Made by a program: the position numbers and the translations under genes. Shown here piece by piece: positions 50,904 through 63,748 of a stretch of DNA of 64,000 bases; the first letter of the stretch is position 1, and each line of letters starts with the position of its first letter. Where the stretch lies: positions 186,001 to 250,000 of the forward strand of contig NW_026926577.1 in assembly GCF_032062105.1 (NCBI RefSeq), read 5' to 3'. Origin of the DNA: Saccostrea cucullata (Eukaryota). The notes beneath the pieces are model-generated. The model was given only the letters and a program-made list of their open reading frames with translations. It had not been told where the DNA came from and ran no database searches.

Positions 50904-53900
50904 CTACCTATTTGAAGTGAGATGCATATATTCGATGATATATTCAGGATAACACTGAGTACTGTCGAAGATTACGAATATACTGGGTTTATGTGGAGTA
51001 TTAACACAGGAATTGAATGGCCTCCCTTTGGGATCGGCGGGATCCTCCGGGGGTTTTCTCATTCCCGGTCGTCCCTGACCCGGTCGTCCAACCAAAACAC
51101 GGGCCACAAACATGTACTTGTGTTTCTCTCTCAGTATCTGTTTGATATCGGAGATCACTTTAGGCTTGTCTTGAGCTGTAGAGGATTTGGGTTTGCTGGA
51201 AGTTTGTGCAGGCTGGTCTGTTCCGAAGGGAGTTCCGTAAGTGATTGTGCCGAATCCAGTCTGACTTCCTATTCCACTGAGTGCATTTGGGTTTTGTGAG
51301 GCTCCACTGCTGCCAGAAGAGGGTTGTTGTTGTTGTCCTCCAGTTCCTTGTACTGTGATGAAATATATACTGTTTCCTACTCGCTTAGGAACGATTTGAG
51401 CAGAAGGAGGGGGAGCGACTGCATAACTAAAGTGAGCGGGAGGAGCCGCACCAAAACTGAATCCCAACGGTTGATAGGGGTTACTTGGGTTAACAAGCCG
51501 ACCAGTGAAGTGCTGGCAGTATCCATCTGAGTACTCTGCATGTTTAGCAAAATATGTTCCTGAAAACATACAGAAGACTAGGTTAAGGGAAAAGAAAAAG
51601 ATAATGCAATTTGATTTTGTCTTGAAGACCTAAAAGTTGGGAGTGGGAAATTTATTCATTCTAAAAAAGCAGTCTTATCTTTTGTAATGGGTAGTTGGGT
51701 ACATGTTTAAAATGACTGGAGTACACCTTTAGAAATCCACATCTTACCCTGTCCAAAGGCCACCCCATTTTCACCACACATCCTCCAGTCCAGACCAGAT
51801 CTACATATTGCCTCTATAGCCTCACACTTGGTGCCATGAAATAACTGCTGCTCATTTACCATATTGGGACCAAACTCCTCTGAAATATGCTTTCTAGCCC
51901 TACAAGCATAGACATATTTTGCAACACAAAACATACTTAAACAAGTTTCTTTCAGTGAGGAATTGAGTCACTAGGGTGACACACTGACTCCTTGATATAA
52001 TGAATTATAATTACAAATTAAGGACATACGCAACGTACCTTACCTACTGATAATTTTCCAATATATTCTAAATTTAAACTTATAATATCATTACATGTTC
52101 TCAGACAAAAAATCAGCATGCGTTACCAGGGGTTTTGAAAAGATATCGAATTTTGAAAATTTTCGCATTATTTAACTTTGATTCATGTTTTAAGCCAGAT
52201 GCTATGGCATTCACAATTTTGAAAGAGGCACCATTGATCATAACTATACATTTAGCAGTTGATTAGTTTGGTAACTTAATACCCATAGGCAGGGCAGAGG
52301 AACAAAAATGCATTTCAACTAATCAGTAATATTCAGCAATAATCAGTAATGCCCCTACCACACACGAACCCAGACCCTTAGGCCTAGATCCATACATTGC
52401 GAAATTTTTGAAAAGGCATCCTTGCTTTTCAAAAATATTTGATTAATACCAAGGAGCAGATTTCAAACAATTCATTCATTTTCAGCATATAAGTACAGCC
52501 TCCGCCCCCCCCTGCCTCTATGGTACCCCTGACCCTGGGGCCTTGACATTCACAATCCTGGAAGATTAGGGCCCTTGTTAATAACTATGCACTTAGTTAG
52601 TCTATTTAATAACCAGGGGCAGAGAAGAAGATTTTCAAAGAATTCATGTATTTTCACTATATAATCAATAGAGCCCCGCCCTAACACCATAAACCCTGAC
52701 CCTGGGGCCCTAAAATTCACAGTTTTGGTAGAGGCACTCATGCTCATCATAACTATGCACTTAGTTAGTTTATTTAATACCTAGGAGCAGAGAAGAAGAT
52801 TTTCAAAGAATTCATGTATTTTCACTATATAATCAATAGAGCCCTGCCCTAACACCAGAACCCCTGACCCTGGGGCCATAAAATTCAAAATTGTGGTAGA
52901 GGCACTGTTGCTCATCATATCTATGCACTTAATTAGTTGATTTAATACCTAGGAGCAGAGAAGAAGATTTTCAAAGAATTCATGTATTTTCACTATATAA
53001 TCAATAGAGCCCCGCCCTAACACCAGAACCCCTGACCCTGGGGCCATAAAATTTAAAATTGTGGTAGACGCACTCTTGCTCATCATATCTATGCACTTAG
53101 TTAGTTTATTTAATACCTAGGAGCAGAGAAGAAAGTTTCCTAAGAATTCATGTATTTTCACTATATAATCAATAGACCCCCCAACACCAGAACCCCTGAC
53201 CCTGGCACTATAAAATTCATAATTTTGGTAGAGGCATTCTTGCTCATCATAACTATGCACTTAGTTAGTCTATTTAATAACCAGGGGCAGAGAAGAAGAT
53301 TTTCAAAGAATTAATGTATTTTCACTATATAATTAATAGAGCCCCGCCCTAACACCAGAACCCCTGGCCCTGGGGCCATAAAATTCACAATTTTGGTAGA
53401 GGCACTCTTGCTCATCATAACTATGTACTTAGTTGGTTTATTTAATAACCAGGAGCAGAGAATAAGATTTTCATAGAAATAATGCATTTTCACTATATAC
53501 TTATTTAGCCCCGCCCTAGCACTAAAACCCCTGACCCCAGGGCCATGAATTTCACAATTTTGGTAGAGGACTCAATGCTGATTACAATCATGCAAACAGT
53601 TTGACTGCTTGATGTCCAGGAGTAAAGTAGAAGATTTTTAAAGATTGCATTAATTTTAGTGGTTTTGGCCCCACCCCTCAGGCCCCAGGGGGCAGGGATC
53701 ATGAAATTCACAATTTTTGTTCCCCTTCACCCATAGATGTTTTGTGCCAAATTTGGTTGAAATTGGTTGAGTGGTTGCAGAGGAGAAGCTGAAAATGTTC
53801 AAATGTTAACGCACAACGCACGACGATGGACGAAAACAGATAGCAATAGGTCACCTGAGTTTACTCAGGTGACCTAATAAAAATGTACAAAAATTACAAA

Positions 53901-56900
53901 ACATTAATTCCAGATATTTTTATCATCAAAAATTGTTTTAGAAGAGGTGTACAAATCCACATATGGAAATTTAAAATATTGCACACAAGTCCTTCATTTA
54001 GTGGAACTCTTCAACTCCAGGGAAGAGCCCATTAGAGTTCAAACTACGTTGCGTATGACCTTAAAGAAGTAAAATTACTGAATTTATCAACAGTTAGTTC
54101 TTCCTTGTATAAATAAAACTCATCCTATACTTACAGACTAAATTTTTGCCACAACCTTGGATTTTGAACTCTGTGTATGGATATAGGATGAATGTGACGC
54201 ATTGATGAACAAAATAAATCTTTAATCAGAGTAAACTCCCTTCCTTGTCTATCCAACTCAACCAAGATAAAATCCTAAAATTTCAAAATAATTTCTTGCT
54301 ATTAAAAATATACACAAAGTAGATTTTTAGAATCTTTTTGGCCGCTAGTTTTTAGATTAAATGGAAGTAAAACATAATTAATACATAATAAATGAAACAC
54401 TGAATTCAAGTTTGTAACAATGTGCACATTAAAATTTACATCTCCTTTTTACATGAAAATTTTAACATTTAAGTGAATTTACCAGTTATCAAATAAATAA
54501 TTAAACTAAAATTTTTATTTAACTATTCACAGTTAGCATTAGTATTCTCTGATATTTTGAACTTGGCAAACTTTGAAATGGCCAACTAATGAGACCCACC
54601 TGTTGTTCGTCTGGCATTGGATGCCAGTATCGGGGCAGTTCCAGATGTTCTTTACTCTCCTCCGACAAAGTCATGAAAGCAGTGCAAGATTTGTGGTCTT
54701 TCTCATTCCATAGCTTCTTACAGTATTTACAGCTTAACTGTAATAAAACATTTTATTTAAAGAACTGAAATCATATAACACACAAATGGTCCAATATTAG
54801 CTAGCCCCATACTGTTAGCAATTTATTATCTGATTATAGAACATTCTTTCTATGTATGCTGTATGCATTAGTAAGTGGGGCCCTGCAATGTTGTTAATGA
54901 GTGTGAATTTGGCTTTACTGCTATACATGTATACTTTAGCAACTTGATGGATGGGAATTCTTGAAATTTTAACATAAACACCTGTCCAGTGGACTTACTT
55001 TCACACAGTCTGGGTTGGGACATAAAAATTTCTTCAATCCGTGGTCAACAGCAACAGGAAACTCACAAAATGGACAGCTGAAGGGTAGAAATGTACCAGA
55101 AAATGATAATTGACCGATATACCAGAAAATGTACATTGAGCTGAATGAAGACAAGACTTAACTTATCCACTTAAATTTCTTAATATGAAATAGGTGAAAG
55201 TATTAACTTTTATTAATAATACAAACCATAGTGAAACTAGATATACCGTATAAAAGCATGTATATTAAATGAACTAAACCTATGGAAGCTGAAAAGGTAA
55301 ACATGCTCACTGACAGGAATATCTGTGTAGTGTACACATTTCAAACATATTACAAAACAGGTTTTAAACTTGCATGTACAACCCCTATATTTACATTTCC
55401 AATGTCTTTGTCCGAGATAAAATTACCAATTGTAAATGTAATTGATTTCCTCATGAATGTTTTGGCGCGGTTCCAAAAAAAACCACGTGCAGGGCGGGAC
55501 AACACCTAGAGAGAAGCAGGCTTGGAGCCCGTGGATTGGCGGAATCAAAGCATGTAAATATAAGGAATAACTGTCATATTTTTCGAATTCATGAAGATGA
55601 TCAATGGATTGGCTTGTGTGATAATTTTATGCATAAACGCCTTTGGCGTTTATGCAAATTATCACACAAGCCAATCCATTGATCACTTCATGAATTCGAA
55701 AAATATGACAGTTATTCCTTAATAAATGTATCTGGAGAGCCACACGTGAATCAATCTAATTAAATTAGATGTTAATAGATCCACTTTCATACTTGCTACA
55801 CTAACATCTAACAATATCCCATTGAGTTTCACGTCAGATGTCAAATTATATAAACCAATCAAATCATTGACTGCAAAATCTTTGTATATTTGATGAAGCG
55901 AATAAGTCTAGAGTTGTTCTGAATTTGACCTCGGACGTGATACTCTTTGGGATGTTGTTAGATGTTATTGTAGCAAGTATGCCAGCGGATCTAACATCTA
56001 ATTTTAATTAGATTGCACCTGAATAGTAAAAAAAACATAAATGTACACTGGGTAAGGAGCAAACCTGTGAAAATCCTCCATTTTTGTAATTGACTCCAAT
56101 GCCTTCTTGTTCACTTTTTCTTCCAAAAGTTCCATGATCAGTGGTGGTAATACTTTAGATGCCTGGCCTTCAAACAAAATGTTAATAACTCTTTACAAAT
56201 AAATCAGGTATTATTAACTCATTTTTTGGTAGTGTAATACATAGAGTGAAATATGAAAGTAAAATGATTAACTTACTTTCAGGAATGTATGTTTCACAAC
56301 CATTGATGGGACATGGAATCTGTGTCTAAAATGAAAAAAATACTGTTGAGTCTTCAGTGCTACTATTAATTATTTGTAAATTATTCAAAACATAAATCGT
56401 TTACAGACACACAATACAACAGTTTATCAAATCCTTATTAAATTTTGGTGAGTAATACAAAAATAGAATATGAATTGCAAACAGCCTATCATTACATGTT
56501 ACATGAATGTGGACATGCATGTAAAACTTTAAAAATGTTATTCCCTCCTTTCATCTACCAACTACCAACAGTCTACCAATACATTCACTGTCATGTTGCC
56601 AATCTTTTTAAAAATAATATTAAGTTTCTTTTTTGTTTTTTTTTTAAATCCTTCAAAAGGTATAATTATGGTAGCTACTGATCTTGCTAGCAAACCACAC
56701 TGATGGAGGTTGACAACTGTAGATTATACCAAGACAGAAGACCTGTAGTTTCCAATGTAAGAATCTGGACAATTATTTTTAATTTGTACCTCTTGACTGT
56801 CAGGGGAGATAACCTTCTTGACCTGCTTTTCGACACAGGATTTACAGACGAGATGATCGTTACAGCACTGACTGAGGAACGTCGTGTCGTGACTCTTGTT

Positions 56901-59052
56901 ACACCCATCACACTTTAGCTGGGAGGAGGACACCTCTATAACAGACAATAACATACAGTATTTTATTTACAAAATTATCAAAATACTTGAGTTTTATGAT
57001 TGAACTTGGTTGTAAAATTTCCAAAACTTCTGAATTAAATGCTTGATTATCTATATGTTTCTTTCTTCATTTACTGGTAAATTTATTAAGGAGAAAAAAT
57101 ATTTTGGAGATATGCGTCTTTTCATACTCCATACTTGCCTGCAAAGCTGACAGGGTGTTTCTCTGTTGTTGCATTTAACAATATGACATCACTGTCTGAA
57201 GAATAACTATAATTATTGTCAACACAGCCATCCATTTCCATCATATTAACATCAGATTGACAAGGAGATACCTGTTAAAAACATACATGTGTAGTTCTTG
57301 TAATAATGAAGACATAAGATGAAGCTTCATTTTCTATCTCAACTTTTGATTATGCTATTATACCATTGCATGCAGTTTTTATGAGTGCAGGTGAATGAAA
57401 TTTTCTTACCCAAACATGGTTTTCACAACAACAAAAAATCTTCAATATAAATATTAGCATTTTTATTATCTCCTGTAATTCTTTTTCTCTTACTGTAAGA
57501 TGTGAAAGCAAAATGCAAATGTAAGTAAATTAGGGATGTCAAATCGGTCAATTTTTAATACTTGGTTACTCGGACGATTTTCCGATCGAGTACCCGGGTA
57601 CTCGGTAAAAGTGTAAATAAATATGAACAAGTAAATTGATGAATATAAAACATTGTAAACTCTTGTAGAAATAAAACCACATACTCTGATAGGAGGTTTA
57701 CCCATTAGTGTATTTCTTTTGTAACAACGATGAGCACTTCCTGCCCGATGAAATTTGATATTACATCGTTTATGTTCAATTTATTTATCAGATAAACACA
57801 AGAAATAAAATCATAAGTGGTTCAGAGATTTTTTGTTTTAAAAAATAATCTGCTCCGTATATTGTAATGTAACTCTTTGTTGCATTTGACGTCCAGGTAT
57901 CAGTCGTACAGTTTGACTTGAAGTTGATCAAGTTCGCCTAACAGAGCGGATTTACGGTTTTAGTACACATTTCGATCATAGATTTTCTATGGGACGGTAT
58001 TTCGTAGTTTGGTGCAATGATGGCCATCAGTTTTTTTAAGCCTTTGGCTTCAACCATTTGTATTGGCAGGTAATCAAACACAACCATATCAACAATCGTG
58101 CGGGCAATATCATCTGACTCTTTTCTCGAGAATTTTTAAGGCTTCTTGCGGAATCCACAAGATTGTCAAATTTATTTAATCATAATAGACCTTAAACGAT
58201 GTTCAGTGAAAACAAATAATTAAAATTAATCAAAAAATAAGGATAGAAGACAGCCAATGGTGAGAAAAGCCAGGTAACAGGTACTTGGTCACAATAATTA
58301 CTGTATAAACACTGCCACTGGCGATAACGGTCATTTAGAGGAGTGGGAAACCCTAATTACTGTATGTACAAGTGTAATGAGTATTTTACGTTTTAAAACA
58401 GATTGTTTGATGCACTAAGAAATAAGCTTAGAAATATTAAACAAGAGGCCCACGGGCCTTATAGGTCACCTGAGTATTGTGTAACAACTTTCAAACAATT
58501 AAATTTGGTTCGTGTTTAAACCGGAGGCCATGAAATTCACAATTTACAATTTTGAAAGAGGCACCATTGCTTATCATAATTATTAACTTAGCATGCTTAC
58601 TCTATTTACTTAATACCCAGAGGTAGATCAGAGAAACAAAGAGACTTTATAACCAGTTGTGCACCTCACCCCAAAGGAACTACTGACCCAGGGCCATATA
58701 TTTCAAAATTTTGCAAATTTTATCATAAAATGGTTGATTAATACCAAAGAGCAGATTTCAAAGCATTAATTCATTTTCAGGCTATGTAACCCCCCCCCCC
58801 CCTTTGACCCTGGGGGCATTAAAAACCACTTTGCTAGATGCACCTTTCTTCATCATAAATATATATATACTTGGATCATTGGCTTAAAACCCAGAAGCGA
58901 AGAAAAATATTTACAAAGAATAAATGTATTTTTACTATATAATCAATACAGCCCTGACTTAACACCAGAATCCATAAAATTCACAATTTTGGAAGAGGCG
59001 CTCTTGCTCATCATAACTATGTGCTTAGTTAGTTAATCTAATACCCAGGAGC

Positions 59053-59086
<34 letters not shown>

Positions 59087-59221
59087 CACTATATAATCTA
59101 TAGAGCCCCGCCCTAACACCAGAACCCCTGGCCCTGGGGCCATAAAATTCATAATTTTGGAAGAGGCACTTTTACTAAGCATAACTATGTACTTAGTTAG
59201 TTTATTTAATTCCCAGGGGGC

Positions 59222-59255
<34 letters not shown>

Positions 59256-59389
59256 CACTATATTGTCTATAGAGTCCCGCCCTAACGCCAGAACCCCTGA
59301 CCCTGGGGCCATAAAATTCACAAATCTGGAAGAGGCACTCTTGCTCATCATAACTATGTGCTTAGTTAGTTAATCTAATACCCAGGAGC

Positions 59390-59423
<34 letters not shown>

Positions 59424-61640
59424 CACTATATAATCTATAGAGCCCCGCCCTAACACCAGAACCCCTGACCCTGGGGCCATAAAATTCACAATTTTAGTAG
59501 AGGACTCAATGCTCATTACATTCATGCCAATAGTTTGCCTGCTTGATGTCCAGGAGTAAAGAAGAAGATTTTTATAAATTTCATTAATTTTAGTGGTTTT
59601 GGCCCCACCCCTCAGGCCCCAGAGGGGCGGTGACCATGAAATTCACAATTTTTGTTCCCCTCCACCCATAGATGCTGTATACCAAATTTGGTTGAAATTG
59701 GTTCAGTGGTTTCAGAGAAGAAGCTGAAAATGTTCAAATGTTAACACACGACGCACGACGGACGACGACGGATAGCAATAGGTCACCTGAGTTACTCAGG
59801 TAACCTAAAAATATACGTATCCGAGTAACCGAGTACCGATTTAGTATTCGATACTCGGACGTTCGATCGAGTAGCCGGTTAACCGGGTACTCGTTGACAT
59901 CCCTAAAGTAAATCAAAGCTCCAACCCCCTACCCCCTTGTTGCAACTTTTTTTGAAGTATGCATCAAAGTCACCAATCTCAGGAATTTCTTACTACAGTC
60001 CAAGTCAGTTATGAGGGTTAAAACATAAGAAAAGGTTATTGGGATTGCATCTTAAGTTTGACATATCCCTGGTACATGTATTTCAAGATATTGGTGTTCG
60101 AGATAATGAGGTTCGGCTGTATTCCTGTGTCTTTTTCACGTGACTTTTTCTTCATACCTGCTGATTTTTTATTTTCTCTGCTGGTGCCTTTCCTTTGCTG
60201 CTAGAGGCAAATGACCCTTTCTTCCACTTTCTCGTTCTTGAATGTAAAATGGGCATGTCATCTGTCTGTCCAGAAAGTGATGAACTTGATTCTAAAAAAA
60301 AAAGTTTTTCATAGACTTACAGAAAGTATACTTCATATAAATTTCAAAAGTGCTTACAGTATATGCACATAAATTTTACAACTGCCATATCACTTACCTT
60401 GTTTTAGAATATTTGGGCGAGGATTCCCCATTGCTGTCTGTACGTCTTGTGAGGATGTTTGCCTCCCCAGTGATGATGATGAAGATAGTTCCTGGTAAAA
60501 ATAGTCCACATATCACTAACACAAAGAAAATATTATCATCAACAGCTCTGTCACAATTATTGTTTATCACTGTCAGTCACAGATACTAGAGCAAAGGAGG
60601 AGTGGTTGGGGCTGAGAATATACATGTACTGGTATATAAATACAAAAGTGATAAAGGATTAAGATAAAAAATTCTTACCTGTGTTGTTAGAATAAATTCA
60701 ATCACTCTCTGCAGGATGTCATCCCCATTTAATTGTTGTAATTCATCAAAGATTTTCTGAATTGTGATTTCTTCTATGTCTGGAAACATTTCTCTCTGGA
60801 AAAAAATATTAGTCAGCAAATTGGTACATAAACTTGCTTTGTAACTAAATATCATTTTGATCCCAGCCTTCTTAAAGAGCTGTTCTGTAGGGCAAACTTG
60901 CGAGATTGAAAATACCCCATGCAGCTTACATCATTCCTGTCTGCTACTGTAAAAAGCATTTGACGATATATTACATATTTTCATGCTTCAGGTGAAATAA
61001 AATTAAAATTACATACCACCACTTTAAAATCATCTGTTGAAAGTGAATTCTTTCTGAATGTATCTGCCCTTGGAGAAGAACTCTTTTGGACAGATTTATC
61101 AGCAGCTCTGCTTCCTTGATCAATGTTTCTATCATTTGTCCTTCTCCTTACAACCTTTTCATTCTTTGCTTCCTTAGGCACTTTTGGTGATAACTTGAAA
61201 ATTTTAGACAAGTTACATTTGTCAAAATTTTCCTCAGAAAAATCTGAGTGCCTCTTTCTTGATTTCGCAGTATCCTGAATTTGGAGTTCACAACTAGTGT
61301 CTTTCACAAGGAATGATTTTCCAGGTTGAAGCAGTGTTTCTGAATCTGAATCATATTCCAAACCATTGTTTGTGTCTGAGGATTTGAATTTTTTTCTCTG
61401 AAAGACAGGAGAAGAAAATTCATCTTTGATGTTGTCATAATCTTCCAGTTCTTCTTCAATGGGAGTGGTAGTCTTTCTCTTCGGGGGACCTTCAGAAGAA
61501 CTTGGTCTGTTACAGGATGTAGAGGGTTCTGAGGGTCGTTCATCATAGTATGCTGTGTCAGTGGATCTGGAGTCATCTTGGTCAAGGTCAAAGTTTTGGG
61601 GCGTGTCACTCAGGTCAAGGTCATCTTTCTCCTGAGACAT
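50904..61640 (-). CDS. CUE-like + RNF216-type RING1-IBR + PARP catalytic (H-Y-I mono-ART) fusion protein, >=854 aa. Exons: 61640(acceptor 61656)-61017, 60795-60679, 60491-60398, 60291-60158, 57271-57139, 56935-56790, 56325-56277, 56167-56065, 55077-54999, 54737-54600, 54274-54135, 51899-51748, 51559-50904
   Basis: The spliced ORF is 2565 nt and in frame. It contains REMFPDI (CUE-like), CDGC...QCCNDHLVCKSC...CPINGC (RING1), CPFC...FLCPNPDCVKLSCKYCKKLWNEKDHKSC (IBR), and LPRYWHPM, IHRVQNPRLWQKF, NEQQLFHGT, GLDWRMCGENG, FGQGTYFA, MFVARVLVG, NSCVN, PSIFVIFD, QCYPEYIIEY (PARP7/11/12-type catalytic domain). Further upstream exons are possible. Confidence 0.85.
52022..54060. mobile_element. TTAA-flanked TIR element (Kolobok/piggyBac-type TSD) containing a nested HINE
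   Basis: TTAA|GGACATACGCAACGTA ... TACGTTGCGTATGACC|TTAA. Confidence 0.75.
52175..53876 (-). mobile_element. HINE-like element with ~6 tandem ~167-bp satellite units
   Basis: Palindromic end AGGTCACCTGAGTTTACTCAGGTGACCT at ~53848-53875. The unit AGAGAAGAAGATTTTCAAAGAATTCATG recurs at ~52621, 52788, 52956, 53125, 53289 and 53456. Confidence 0.8.
55561..55721. repeat. Near-perfect ~160-bp palindrome (fold-back MITE)
   Basis: TAAGGAATAACTGTCATATTTTTCGAATTCATGAAG ... CTTCATGAATTCGAAAAATATGACAGTTATTCCTTA around a TTT loop. Confidence 0.85.
55754..56013. mobile_element. MITE with ~65-bp imperfect TIRs
   Basis: ATCTAATTAAATTAGATGTT...CATACTTGCTACA vs TGTAGCAAGTATG...AACATCTAATTTTAATTAGAT. Confidence 0.6.
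57531..59905 (-). mobile_element. Internally deleted hAT transposon with transposase remnants, 8-bp TSD and a nested HINE
   Basis: TIRs TAGGGATGTCAA...TTGACATCCCTA with TSD AAGTAAAT (57523-57530, 59906-59913). Broken minus-strand hAT motifs lie at ~57870-58110 (DYLPIQMVEAKGLKKLMAIIAPNYEIPS; TTDTWTSNATKSYITI). Confidence 0.85.
58441..59807 (-). mobile_element. Complete HINE-like element nested in the hAT element
   Basis: Same termini as 40892-42974 in reverse orientation, with ~167-bp tandem units at 58900-59500. Confidence 0.8.
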
Positions 61641-62600
61641 CTCCAACTGAATGTCTCTGAAAAGAATATACATTTTTTTAAAAATAAAATTTAAAATAAA
61701 TATCCGATAACCAGTAGACAAACTAGAAAATATCAGCAAGGGCCCCGCCATGGGGTAGAGTACATAAACAATTAGAATAAAGCAACAGCAACATGTATTT
61801 TAACCCCTATTCTTAAAATTTCAACATAATTCCTGAATATTCAAAAACCTGAAAATAATATTCTTGTATTTACATTAGGCTTTACAATTATGAATCAATA
61901 TTCAAATATCATGAAAATTCTAGGCTACGTGAGTATTAATGATGGGGTTCAAACAAAAATAAATTATAAAAATTTATATTTAAATCCACAATTGGTCATA
62001 TAGTGAAAATACATGTACATTAATAATTTTCAAATGTATATCCGACAACCAGTAGACAAATTAAGTGCATGGATGTCATGAGCAAGAATCTACCCCACCA
62101 CCCCAGCTCCAAACTAGAAGACATACAGAATCAAACTTAGCATCAAAATATGTCTTTCTGCCTATTAAACTACCATACCAAATTTAAACTTGATTGGGCA
62201 ACCATAAAAAAAGTTATTAGAAAAAAACAGAAAATTTGTGGACGGAAGAGTGACAGACGGACAGACAGACAGACAGACAGACGGACGGACGGACGGACAG
62301 ACAGAGTGATTTAGGGCACCCGCAAAGAATCAGAATTGTTGAATACATTGCACCAGGTTACAGGTACTTATTTAATCCTCCTTTCCTTCTCCAAAAATTA
62401 TTCTTCCATCACATATTTACAATGGATTCCATATGGAAAATCAATAAAAAAAATGTAGAATAAATTTGATTAAACAAATTATACCAGCTGGTATTATAAA
62501 AAAGATTTTGCTCTGTGTTCCTTTGAAATTTTTTGACTCATGACTAGATGCCACCATTTACAGTTGGATTGTGAGCCTATTTTTATTCAGCAATTTTTAC

Positions 62601-62879
62601 TAGCATTGGTCAGTCAACTACCTTTTACTCCTTAATTCTAAGACACATTCTTTAGCCAAAATGTATATTTTATCCACCTCCCAAACATTTATAGTTGTCT
62701 CTACAGGCAATAAACTTCCTTGAAGTGAATTTTCAGCAACCTAACAAATAATTTTAATTAAGCGAGTTTATCACTTGTAGAGGCGACTATAAAGGGTTGG
62801 AAGAAAGATAAAATATACAGATTAGTCAAATAATGTGCCTAGGATTAGGGAGTGAAAGGTAGTTGACTGACCAATGCTA
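62601..62879. repeat. Inverted repeat pair (MITE-like)
   Basis: TAGCATTGGTCAGTCAACTACCTTT ... AAAGGTAGTTGACTGACCAATGCTA. Confidence 0.55.
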
Positions 62880-62986
62880 GAAAGTGGTGATATTCTCCCC
62901 AAAAGTGCGCAAAAAATATTGCGCCGTAATTTGCACCTTTTTTGCATTACAGGATCTGTAGCGTTATGGTCAAAGACAAATATAAA

Positions 62987-63523
62987 ACAAGAGGCCCAGG
63001 GGCCACATTGCTCACCTGAGCAATTGACTAGGAAAATGCACATAACAGATCAGAACTGAAAGTTTACTGGGGGGACTTGAATTTTAACCCCCCAGGGGGT
63101 CATGATTAGAATCTACACTACCTAGGCTAAGGATGATTCCCTATATTCACTAAGCATGGCTTTGAATTACTTGAAAAGAAAAGATGATTTTAAAAGGTTT
63201 CCCTATATATTCCTATGTAAAACTTTTATCAGCCATTTGGCCCCACCCTACCCCTGGGGGTCATGATTTGAACAAACTTGAGTTTCTTCTTTCCTGTCTC
63301 AATGGTTCTTGAGAAGAAGATTTTTCCTTTATATTCCTATGTAAAACTTTGAAATTTTAGTCCCACCCTATCCCCGGGGGTCATAATTTGAACAAACTTG
63401 AATCTACATTACCTGAGGATGATTCCACATGAGTTTCATCTTTCCTGGCCCTGTGGCCAGAAGATTTTTTAAAAATGCCATTAATTTTTCTCTAATTCAT
63501 AATTATCTCCCCTTGGAAAAGGG

Positions 63524-63569
<46 letters not shown>

Positions 63570-63577
63570 ACTTTGTA

Positions 63578-63609
<32 letters not shown>

Positions 63610-63610
63610 T

Positions 63611-63652
<42 letters not shown>

Positions 63653-63707
63653 GACTACAACAACTACAGCGACGACGAGGACGACAGACAACGGACAAAT
63701 TTTGATT

Positions 63708-63744
<37 letters not shown>
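62987..63744 (-). mobile_element. HINE-like element
   Basis: ACAAGAGGCCCAGGGGCC..GCTCACCTGAG at one end and AGCTCACTTGAGCCTTCGGCTCAGGTGAGCTA at the other, with an (ACG/ACA)n microsatellite and internal repeats. Confidence 0.75.

Positions 63745-63748
<4 letters not shown>

Noticed and set aside
50922-51530. Antisense ORFs over coding exons (also 11112-11441, 30746-31096, 48748-48954)
   Set aside because: They are shadows of real exons on the opposite strand with no independent evidence.
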